Of a stretch of DNA of 64,000 nucleotides, positions 52,358-63,100 are shown piece after piece. Location: positions 1 to 64,000 of IMG/VR virus record IMGVR_UViG_3300021373_002787, one strand, 5' to 3'. Every line of letters begins with the position of its first letter. The stretch's first letter is position 1. The notes below the pieces were generated by a model, which worked only from the letters and a program-made list of their open reading frames with translations, searched no databases and was not told the origin of the DNA. The DNA comes from a virus. Made by a program: the position numbers and the translations under genes.

Positions 52358-54441
52358 TACTCAACTGTAAAGTTACCTTTGATGACCGCGGTTTCTTCGC
52401 TACCATTATCAAGTCCGATATAGAATTTTCTTGCTGTCATTCCTCTAACTTCAGCCGCATTTCCCTCATCGACTCTAAACAGAATTTCTCCTGCGCTCAT
52501 ATCAATATCTTTATTCGGAATATGATTAAACCTTTTACGAACTTTTCCATCTACAAAGTTGAGCGTCATATTTTCTGCTGAAGTAAAGTCAAGCATTTCA
52601 AAGTCGTCTCCATTCTTTTTAGCGATTTTAAACTTAAAGTATGTTGTCATTGGATAGATTCCAATTTCTAACTTGTCTGAAGTTAAAAAGTTAGGACTAT
52701 CAAAATATCTATCGTTTACTGCAGCAAGGTCACCAATGTCATTTACTGAACTTTCAGCAGGGTTAGCGACTGCAACTACATTATATCTTTCAACAAAAGT
52801 CTTAACATTCTTAGTTGTTCTTGGAATAGTTGCAGCAATTGCGTCTCTAACGCTTCTATTTCCAGACAGGTTTGGTAGAGTATTGAATACCTCGGTAATT
52901 GTATTACTACCTGAAATATTTACACCTCCTAAGAATTTTCCGTATTTTGGAGCCTGGTTTACGGTTAAACTTGCTCTTTTAACGATTTGTGTATTATCAG
53001 TCTCATTATAAATTCTCATCGTTACATCGATTGAGAAGTTAACTGCAACATTTGCATTTTGAATTACTGGACGGTATAAAATTGGTGTGTCAAAATCTTC
53101 TGCTTGCGTAAATGTAGTATCAAACGTCTTGATTTGATTTAAACCAACTTGCTCATACGTCTCAACCTCATATAAAACGACAATATCGTCAGAACTTGTA
53201 TTGATTCTATTTAAGATATATGCCTCAAATGCACTTGCACTTCCATCTCTTTCTCCATAAATTTTAAAGTAATCTCCATCTTCAGCATCTTCTACAACAA
53301 CAGTAAAGTCTTGGAATTCATCTTCTCTTGCGATTGTAAACGCATTTTCTTCTCCTAAATGAATATAGTCAAATCCTGATTCAGTCGATATTCTATCAAT
53401 CAGTGTAAATCTAATCCCATAGTTAGATGTTGGGTCAAGATTGGAACTTCCTGCGGTCCCATCGCCAAAAAAGAAATCATTAAATTCAGGGTTCTGATTG
53501 CCAATAACCGTTGGAACTTTAATTTCAATAAATTTAGCAAAAAGAGTTTCACCCAAAACAAATGGCTTTGGATTTGAAATCTCATAATTACTTTGATTTA
53601 AGTAGACTAATTGAGTTAAATTATTCTGAACACCACCGGTTCTATCAGCTAGAACTTGGAATAAAAATCCTTCATATCCTCTAGCAGCAAAATTATAACC
53701 GCTTCTTAAATGTAGTCTTATTTTATCGTATCGAATAAAGTTAATCGCAGTATATGCAGCAGCTTGCGATGTTATTAAATCAGCCTCATCTCCACCCGTC
53801 CAACTATCATTATTGTTTATATAGTTGAATTGGTCATATGCTCCAGTAGAATCATATCCAAGTAGTGCCCATTTTGTAGCGTCTGCTGGTGTTTTTACCG
53901 CATGAAATCTACCTCTTAATTGGTTAATGTCGTTTCCAGTGTCCTCATCTGGTGTAGAAAAAAGTGGATTTGCCTTCTCAGAAACATTTATAACTCCTCC
54001 TTTCAGTAATATCGAAGTATCATTATATTCATATGCTACTGTACCGACACCATTAGGGATAAACGTACATACTTGAGTGGCTGGAGAATACGTACATATT
54101 CCAAGATTCCCAGTAATTACAAATTTAGTTGGATCTGGAAGAGCACTTAAATCAAACTTATATGATTTTCCAACCTGTAAAAGTAACTTTCTAGCCGCAA
54201 AACCTTCAATTGCTAAATATCCAGCGCTATAGGTAACGTCAAAGTTAACTACATCTCCACCAAGCTCGTGAATTAGATGCCTCTTCGAAAACGAATCACC
54301 ATCGACAGTATCAAGAACTTTGATCTCGCTGCCGTTATCGTCAACCTCAATATCGTATAGAGTTGGGTTTGACTGATCGTGATAGATGAATTCTAAAAGA
54401 ACATCTTCATCGATTCTAAAGTATGTTGATGATTGCGCCAT
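52357..54441 (-). CDS. Putative virion structural protein
   Basis: 694-aa beta-rich ORF within the tail gene block. Confidence 0.55.
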   Translation of the reverse strand: MAQSSTYFRIDEDVLLEFIYHDQSNPTLYDIEVDDNGSEIKVLDTVDGDSFSKRHLIHELGGDVVNFDVTYSAGYLAIEGFAARKLLLQVGKSYKFDLSALPDPTKFVITGNLGICTYSPATQVCTFIPNGVGTVAYEYNDTSILLKGGVINVSEKANPLFSTPDEDTGNDINQLRGRFHAVKTPADATKWALLGYDSTGAYDQFNYINNNDSWTGGDEADLITSQAAAYTAINFIRYDKIRLHLRSGYNFAARGYEGFLFQVLADRTGGVQNNLTQLVYLNQSNYEISNPKPFVLGETLFAKFIEIKVPTVIGNQNPEFNDFFFGDGTAGSSNLDPTSNYGIRFTLIDRISTESGFDYIHLGEENAFTIAREDEFQDFTVVVEDAEDGDYFKIYGERDGSASAFEAYILNRINTSSDDIVVLYEVETYEQVGLNQIKTFDTTFTQAEDFDTPILYRPVIQNANVAVNFSIDVTMRIYNETDNTQIVKRASLTVNQAPKYGKFLGGVNISGSNTITEVFNTLPNLSGNRSVRDAIAATIPRTTKNVKTFVERYNVVAVANPAESSVNDIGDLAAVNDRYFDSPNFLTSDKLEIGIYPMTTYFKFKIAKKNGDDFEMLDFTSAENMTLNFVDGKVRKRFNHIPNKDIDMSAGEILFRVDEGNAAEVRGMTARKFYIGLDNGSEETAVIKGNFTVE

Positions 54442-54442
54442 A

Positions 54443-55276
54443 TTAAAATCTTAACCATTTTGGAGACCAATATAGACCAACATTAATTGATGGTCCAAAG
54501 ACAACATTTGAAGATGATGGATCATAATTTAAACCATATCCAATCCCCATTCCAATGTTGAATCCTCCTGTTTTATCTATCTTATTTTCTTTATTCAACC
54601 TATCGTTAATCAAATTAATATTCTCAATCCCAGTAATGGTCATTCCTGGATAAGAACTTGAAATTTTAAGCACGTCTCTTCCTTCACTTTCAGCAATCGC
54701 CGCTCTTAGTGATAGAGTTTGAGCGATTGATAAATTTACTGGAGAACTATAAAATCCTTTCGATACCGTGTCATAAGTTACCGTTAGGTCTCCAATAACA
54801 CTGCGAGTATTTCCAGAACCAAAGTCGTCCTTTTTCGTAAAGTCAATTTTACTAGTTAAATCGTTAATTGATGTAACTGATGTAAGAGCCAATAAACTGT
54901 CTTTAACCTTTATCTCTGCAGAAAGAAGTGAGTTAACTCCAATTAAGTCTCTATTTAGTCCAAGTACTCGAACGTATTTATTATTGATGTCAATATTTGT
55001 CTTCTCTAAATCGCTCAACTGAAATTCAAAGCTTGAGATTTTAGCAACTTTATCACCGAGTTCGTTTTCAAAGTATTCAATAGAATCTTTTGCTGCCAGG
55101 TAATTATTAAAATTGGTTGCTGAAACCTCTTTCTGAAATTGTAAGTCCTCTTTTAGATTCGAGATAGTATTACATTGTCTCATCATAAAGAGCATAAGAA
55201 TTGCTCCTCCGATAAAAGCAAGTGTCTTTGTATCAAGATTCTTTAGAAAGCTGTATATTTTAAGTAAATAGTTCAT
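54443..55276 (-). CDS. Membrane-anchored coiled-coil protein (spanin-like)
   Basis: N-terminal TM, heptad coiled coil, C-terminal alternating G/aromatic beta strands (GFNIGMGIGYG...GPSINVGLYW). Confidence 0.45.
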   Translation of the reverse strand: MNYLLKIYSFLKNLDTKTLAFIGGAILMLFMMRQCNTISNLKEDLQFQKEVSATNFNNYLAAKDSIEYFENELGDKVAKISSFEFQLSDLEKTNIDINNKYVRVLGLNRDLIGVNSLLSAEIKVKDSLLALTSVTSINDLTSKIDFTKKDDFGSGNTRSVIGDLTVTYDTVSKGFYSSPVNLSIAQTLSLRAAIAESEGRDVLKISSSYPGMTITGIENINLINDRLNKENKIDKTGGFNIGMGIGYGLNYDPSSSNVVFGPSINVGLYWSPKWLRF

Positions 55277-55290
55277 TTATTTAGTTTATA

Positions 55291-57177
55291 TTAAGCGCCT
55301 TGAAATTGCTGTACTCCACCTCCGGTAGAATATGTTGTTCTACCAGTATTAACTATCGTTGGCATATTAAAGCTAAACGCTATCTCCATCGGCGTTGCTG
55401 TTGTACTAGCAAGTCTATTAATTTGACCAGGAGAAAGAGACTTTTTCCTCATTTCTAAGTCTGTTGCAGTACCACTAGTTGCTACATTTTGTTGTATAAA
55501 ATATAGTTTAATAAAGCCTTTACCAGGCGGAATCAGTCCAAATATTTCAACATTTTGATATTCTTTAACATGTTGAGTAGCCGAAGTGTGTGTATTTATA
55601 TCAACTCCCCATATTTTAACATCAACTAAAATATCTGAGTCGCTACTATTTATGAATGGGAATTGAGATGCATTTGAACTATCTCCACCGTTTTCTCCTA
55701 AGCCAATAATCAAAGTATCGTTAGTATCATCTGCGTTTGCATTATTAGGAAAAGTTGCAGGTAGCTGAATTTGATAATAACCATTGACAAACACCTGATG
55801 TCCTATCTTAGTATATGTTACTTTAGTATCGCTCTCTTTTACAAATTCCCCGGAACCTGTTCCTTGATTAAACCAAATTGGAGTTAATCCATCAGCATTA
55901 GCATATCCAAAAACCCAAGCATCTCCACTGGTTGCGGCTGGAGAATAAGAATCCATATAGAAGTAGTCGTTCAAGTTCCTCGTTGATTCAGCCGAATTAT
56001 AACTTGGAGAAGAATATTGAGCTTGATTATTTGGTGGAAGAGAATTTGGTTGTAAACTTCCAGCAGGATAAATTACCCCTTCATCATTTCCAAGAATATA
56101 AATATCATGTCCGCTATCTACTCTAACATCTTGATACACATCAACCGCCGTATTACTCGTCTTAATTACATCACTTCCAGTAGTGTCCTTAATCTTTACC
56201 TCAGTACTTGAAACACTGACCATCTTATTTCCTTGAGTAACAAGGTTAATTTTAAGCCCCTCACTATCCGCATAGTCATTATCTTGCTCTACTGAAACAT
56301 AGACTGTCTTTTGTGCATTTGAAAGTCTTTGAAAATCTCTCCAAGTTCCAGTATAACCTTCAAATTTACCAGTCGTACTGTTATATCTCATCATCCCAGT
56401 TGCTGGGGTAAATATTGATGGATCTCTCTGTGCTGTTGTTCCAACTGGAGCCTTTAAATAACTAGTTGAATTAACGGAAACATAATCAGCAAAATTAGCA
56501 GCTCCTGTCACATCAAGATAACCTGAAATGTCAGCTCCATCGTTATGTATGTTAGTAACTCCATTTCCAGTAACTTCCACGTCACCAGCTGCATCGATAT
56601 TAACATTTCCATCTGATGAAATACTGATTAGTTTTGCATTTATTAGAATTTCAGTATCTGTTGCTTGACCCTCTGGTTGAATAATCCACTTAGTTGCAGG
56701 GCTTTGGCCAACTCCAGCCTCTCCTCTAATCGATAGATTATCAGTACCTGACGAAGGAATCCATTTTTGATTGTAAAAGTATGAATCAGCATATACGGTC
56801 AACTGTGCTGAAGGGTCTAATTCTCCATCAGCATTACCTTCATCATACGCAATATCGCCAATAATAACCGCAGCCTGATCGTCTCCTGTGTTATTTTTAG
56901 GTTTTATAACCCATGAAGTTATACCCTGTGTTGTGCTTGAATATCTTTCCCAGTAATTTGTTGAGGTTCCAGTAGCTCCTTTTTCACCAAGGTCTCCCTT
57001 TTCTCCTTTATCTCCTGTTGTTCCAACAATTCCAGTTGGACCAACAGATCCCTTATCACCTTTAGGACCCTCTTTACCGCCAGTCGCGATAATTTGGTCA
57101 AAGTTATAATTAACCTTTTCCCATTTGATCGAATCACTGTCACTTGGATATAGTATTTCTTGAATATTAATCGGCAT
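55291..57177 (-). CDS. Tail-fibre-like protein with a short collagen-like segment
   Basis: K.NYNFDQI head, about 12 G-X-Y triplets (GPKGDKG...GEKGATG), PVGTTAQR...GMMRYNSTTGKFEGY motif, YTKIG..V.V C-terminal domain. Confidence 0.7.
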   Translation of the reverse strand: MPINIQEILYPSDSDSIKWEKVNYNFDQIIATGGKEGPKGDKGSVGPTGIVGTTGDKGEKGDLGEKGATGTSTNYWERYSSTTQGITSWVIKPKNNTGDDQAAVIIGDIAYDEGNADGELDPSAQLTVYADSYFYNQKWIPSSGTDNLSIRGEAGVGQSPATKWIIQPEGQATDTEILINAKLISISSDGNVNIDAAGDVEVTGNGVTNIHNDGADISGYLDVTGAANFADYVSVNSTSYLKAPVGTTAQRDPSIFTPATGMMRYNSTTGKFEGYTGTWRDFQRLSNAQKTVYVSVEQDNDYADSEGLKINLVTQGNKMVSVSSTEVKIKDTTGSDVIKTSNTAVDVYQDVRVDSGHDIYILGNDEGVIYPAGSLQPNSLPPNNQAQYSSPSYNSAESTRNLNDYFYMDSYSPAATSGDAWVFGYANADGLTPIWFNQGTGSGEFVKESDTKVTYTKIGHQVFVNGYYQIQLPATFPNNANADDTNDTLIIGLGENGGDSSNASQFPFINSSDSDILVDVKIWGVDINTHTSATQHVKEYQNVEIFGLIPPGKGFIKLYFIQQNVATSGTATDLEMRKKSLSPGQINRLASTTATPMEIAFSFNMPTIVNTGRTTYSTGGGVQQFQGA

Positions 57178-57178
57178 T

Positions 57179-60100
57179 TTACGATTGTATTTTTATCAGG
57201 GCTCTTATGCTATAAGAATAACCTAGCTTTTTGTTATATATTAACCTAAAATTAAGTGACTTTTTACCATGAACCTCATATGTGAAGTTATTGTCATTTT
57301 CATACCCACCATTATCGATTAAATCAATTGACGCTGATGAAACGACCTCAGAACCCGATCCCTTAAATTTGTTTGTGTAAATATCGATGCTATCAATATT
57401 ATAGAGAGGAACCATATTATCAAGAGCATACAATATCGCATCGTCTTCAACCGTTTCTTTGTCTCCGGCTGAATTAGCAGGGTCAACAAATTTTTCTATT
57501 GTCGCGCTTAATCCGTCCTCTCCAATTATCTTTGCAATTAAGTCATCCAAATAGAAGTCAGCAAGTATTACATCTTTATCCTCGAAGAACACTACGTCTG
57601 TTGTATTGTTTGACTTAAGCTTGATTCCATCGAGCGTAGTCTCAGAATTAACAGAAGATGTTGTAAATTCATAGATTGCGTAAGAAGGTTTCGTCTTTAC
57701 AGCAGAAGAACCTAAGTAAGATTTCTCTTCAAGAGTTGATATTGTTCCTGGAACGCTTTCAACTCCTCCACCATTTAGAGATCTTGTATAATATCCAGCC
57801 TCCCATGAAGACTTAAAGACGTTTACATCTTTCTTATCAATCGCAACCTCTCCAATTAGAGGGTACTGCGGAAGATACTCACTACTTTCTGACAATTTAG
57901 TTACTGAAAGAGTATTAATCTCATTAACCTTGTGGTAGAAGTGATTCTTAATCATTCCCCAATCTTTATCATGTTCTCCTCCATCACTAATAAATCCAAG
58001 ATTGAAAGCAACTCCAAGTCTATTAAATTTATTATAGAACGCAAGAGACTTATAAATATCATAGGTTGAAGAAATTCTCATTTTATAGTAGGGCTCTTTC
58101 AGCGATCTATTAAATGGCTCATAGTCCTTTTGGTTTCTTAAAACCTTGTTAAAACTATAGATGTCGGTAAATGTAACAACTGGTTTTAAACCAACCGTGT
58201 AATTTCCGTTATGTCTAATTAGGAAAGGATAGTATGGATTTTGGCTTACAATATCATATCCAATTGTTTGTTTGCTAAGCTTAAACGACTTTGGTCTGTT
58301 TACATCATCAACTGCAACCAACGTAGATTCTTTAACAATTTCATTACCATCGTCTAAGCCTACTGCATACTGGTTAGTTAGACTTGTTCCATTCTCAGAA
58401 ATAGTAGTAAATGTTACCTCTCCAGGGTTATTATTAACTAAATTGCTAAAGTAATTAGCCGAAAGCTGGTTAAATAGAACCTCATATGCGTTAACACCAC
58501 CTCCAATATATGTGTATGTTGCTGCTGTCTGAACAGAGTAAGGTATTGCTAATGGGTTTAGGTTAACTTTTAACCCAGTGTTTGCATCTGTATAATATGG
58601 CGGGCCTGAAATTTGTAGTTGCTCATTCCCTAAGACACTTACAACATCAATAAAGACATCTTCACCATTTGGCGTATAGTTTTGACCATAATCTATCTTA
58701 ATTCTTCCAAATGTACCATCTCTTCCTGGGGCTATTTGTTGGTCAAATCTAGATACCGTTCCGTTATTGTGGGGTATTCCAGTAGCAACATAAGGACCCG
58801 GTTGGTTAAATTGAATATTTGTTACATCAATCGCACCATCAATTTCAACATCAGCATATACATAAATTGGGTTACCACTTGTATCAAATGAGCTTACAAT
58901 TCTATGTTGAAGCTCGTACATGTATTTTCTATTAATATAATTAACAAACGAATCATCAATATTAATATCAATCATCAAGATTATAAACTTAAACTTATCG
59001 TTCTTGATAAACTCATAATCTATTGAATTGGTTCCAGAGTTAGTTCTTGTCTTAGCTAGAACCGAGAATCTATAACCATTAAAATCAGAGTTCTTCACAA
59101 ACTCTGTTGCAACTATAGACTGGTCCTCTTTTCTCTTTTTAAACGTGAATTTTAACCCTTTAAATATTGTAGAACTAAAATCAACATCAGAACCTCCATC
59201 AATTAGAGTATATTTCTTGGTTAGATTTGCTTTAGACCAGAAAATTGGATTGTATAAAACTCCTCCATCATTAATAAATGTTGAAGTTTCCGTTCCTTCT
59301 CCAACCATGAATCTATCAAAGTAATCATATTGAGTTGATTCAAATAGAGACTTTGTTATTTCAAAATCATTAACAAAATTAATGTAGCTGAATCCTTTGT
59401 TAAAGTCGTCTGAATACGCACCAATGTTTCCAGAATTTACAGTATCTGGCATAAAGTAAGTCGGCCAATTATCAATATAGAACCACTCATGTGTAAATGA
59501 CCCAGGTTCTCTTCCCTCTTTTGTTATATCAGGAGAGAAATTAGTTCTACCAAAGGCCTCGTTTGTGTTCAAATGATATGGTTCTTCTCTAACTGTAGTT
59601 CCATCTTTTAGAACCCATTTATTAATCGTAGGAACAACTCTTGAATCGGTTGATTTTTCCTTTGTGTAATTTTCTTTAAGTCTATCATACTCACTGTAGA
59701 TCTTCTCAGTCTCAACTGTTTTAGAGTCTTCATTCTTTAACAGTGGTAATAGATTTCCAAAATAGTCTATTGGATCGTTTCCAAATTCAGGAGATATAAT
59801 TTCATTCTTAGAGTCCTCAAGAGTTCCAACACCAAGAGTTACGGCTGGATCATTTGAATCTACCTGTGGCTGATATGTCACATTGGTTGAATTCTCAAGA
59901 TCTAGCTCTTTTAGGTCTGAATTTGAAGTACTATAAAAGTCAAAGTCCATATCATACATATCATATGCTGAGAATAGACCTAATGTAACTCTATTGTTTG
60001 CAAAGATATTATAGTCTCTGGTTTTTAGAGCATTCTTATCTTTCAATACTAATTTTTTATATGTTCCATTTCTATTGGTCGTGTCATCGGAAATGTGTAT

Positions 60101-63100
60101 CACTTGATTGTAAACTCCAGTGTAGTTTGTTGGAATAAAGTCTCCAGCCTCAATAACGCCAACTGTCTCAGAAGGAACAAATACTGATTTTCCAGCTGAA
60201 TTACCTCCTGTAAAGAAGTGAGCATTAAATAACGAAAGTATGTCGCCTCCAAGATTTAATTTATTTGAAGTGTCTACATTTTCAGCTTGAATAAACTGGG
60301 TTAGATTAGAACTTCTAATTAATAGAGTCGCATTTTTTAAGTCATATCCATTTACCTTGCTCTTAACATATACTGCATCTCCGATACTATATGAATCGAA
60401 GTCACTATTATTTCTTATAGCACTTGATAGAGCAAACGCAATATCATTATAAGATCCAAGTCCAGAAAAACTATCGCTAGTAAATCTTTTTCTTCCAAGA
60501 CCTCCTGAAATATCGGCAAAGAAATTACCAATTGTTGGATTAACGTTTGTGTAAATCTCATCAGCTGCAATAATTGTAGAACCGGTTGAAGTAACAACTA
60601 GCTCATTGTCTACTAAGTTTGATTTTCTCTCGACAAATACGACCGAATTGTTTTGGTTTGTTATTTCGAGGCTTAAATCATATCTATTGTAAAATGCATG
60701 TTCTGCTGCTGAATAGATTCCCGTGTTGTTTTCAATATCATATTCAACCTCACTCCATTTTAAAGATAGATTGTTCCAAGTATCGTTTCCAGTAGCTCCT
60801 GTAGAAAACTCAACGTAATTACCCGCAAAATCAGTTATCGTAATTGTTTCACCGTTTACGTTCTTAATAACTTTAAACCTTACCGCCTCTTTTTTAATCA
60901 TTGAAACCTTGATCGAGTCATTTAACCCGGGAGTTCCAACAATTTTAAACTTAATATAATCAGCATCTGCGTTTGGATTATTAATCAATTCGGCGCTAAC
61001 TTCTTTACTTGTAATTCCAAGCCTAGACTTTACAACCTCGTCATTTGCCCCAATAGAAACATTAAACCTTTTAGCATCATATGTTTTTAGAGGATCAAGC
61101 GTATAAAAATCATCTCTTATTTTTGCATATGCTAGAAGACCAGTATCTCTTAATAGCCTGTGTTCTGGAATAGCAAATGTTGGATCTCCTCCTTGTAAAT
61201 ATGAGTCAATGCTTTTAAATTTAATTATCCTATCCTGTACATAAGAAACCTCACCAATTCCTGAATCAAAATCATCAACGTATAGACCAAAGTATCTGTT
61301 AACTGAATATTCTCCAGCAGTTGGATCGTCAAACATAAACTCTAGGTTAACTAAATTAGCACATGCAACCTTGTTTCTTCTAAATCCATCAGTAATAAAG
61401 TCATTCGCATCGGTCATCGAAAGATCCGACTTTACATAATCATCATAAATGTATTCTCCTTTTTGAACAAATCCACCTTTAATCAAGTCAATCCCATTGA
61501 ATGTTGATTTTTCACCTTCTTCCATCGTCACTGTGATTGGAGAACTTGGGAAAAACTCATCTTGAACATATGACCTTAAGTATTTACCAATTGAACTTTG
61601 TTTTGAAAGATCAAATACCTTTACAATTTCTGAATTTGCAACTGCTTTTAAGATTCTGCTCTTTTTACCAACTGCACCATCTCCTAAATCCAAATCAGGG
61701 TTAGGATTGTTCAATCGGTAAATTACAAACTTTTTAGGTACATTTAAGTCTAACCAAATAGGAGCAAGAATTCTGTACTCTTCGTCATATAACTTAGACT
61801 TGTTTATTTTTGTACCATATTGATACATTTCTTCGATTTGTTTTCTATATTGATCTAATACAGAAAAGTCTGAGTATTCTCTAAATACATCGAAAGTTGA
61901 ATCAATCGGTGTTTTATTATCACTGTAGAATCTAGAAACATCATATGCATAACTAGAATCTGCGCTAATTTCGTATCTCTTATATTTTGAATCTGCTAAA
62001 TTTTGATTAGCATCGAAAGAATCCATATAGATGTTATCTAAACCATCAACGACAACCTTAACATTGGTGCTGAGTTTTGGATTAGTTCTTAAAAGAGGCT
62101 TTGATACATTATCTAGCTCATAGTTCTTCTCAATATCCATATTTGGACCAGGAACTATTGGGGCAGGAGTCTCATACTCTGCCATCGTATAGAGCAATGG
62201 ATTATTTGCAATTGCACAGTTTCCACAGTCTGGGAATAATGAAACAACCTCTAAGCTTCCTATTCCAATTTCAGTTGGAGAAACATCAACCACGTTTGGA
62301 TAGTAATTTTCCAATAACAACTTAGCGCTATCAATATCTTCAGAACGGAGCGTATGTGCGTATTCTAAACACTGACATACCCCGTTCACAGCACTTGAAA
62401 GTACAAGCTTATTCTGAACCTTCATATAATCAATAAGATCAGATATCGGACTTGTCTCTCCAATTCTGTGTAAACCATCTACGACATACATTGTATGTGC
62501 ATCAAAACTGGTTGGTGAGGACTGGTTTATTGCGGTAGGATTACATCCATAAAACACATAGAATACATTATATCCTCCATCATCTAATAATTCTGACTCA
62601 CTAATTGAAGGACTTACAACCAAGGGGCATGTAAGTCCATTTGTCATACCTGTATTTGGTATTTGCTGGTATGTAGTTTGTACATTCCCAGAAGAATCTC
62701 TACCGATATAATACCCTCCAGTAAATTGCAAATATTCGTCACTTACAATACTACCATCTGCCGCCATTAATAACACGTCGCTTCCCTCACCAACAATTAA
62801 ATTGTAGTCGCTATTAATTGCAGCCTGTTCTGTCGTATATAGGTAAATATTGTATTGCGCTAGCGTTATTAAGTCAACTGTAGCGGCTGACATATAATAA
62901 AGAGTGGTTGTCTCTTTTGGATAGTGACAAATTGATAAGACGTTATTGCTTGTATCACATTTCGCTAAATTAACATCAATTGACCTAGGGGTAAGATTTC
63001 CACCTAAAATACAATTACCCGTAGTTCCCCATCCACTTGCACCTATAAACTGTGTATAAAATATGGTGTTTTCTCCATAATACCCTAGTGGTGCAAATCC

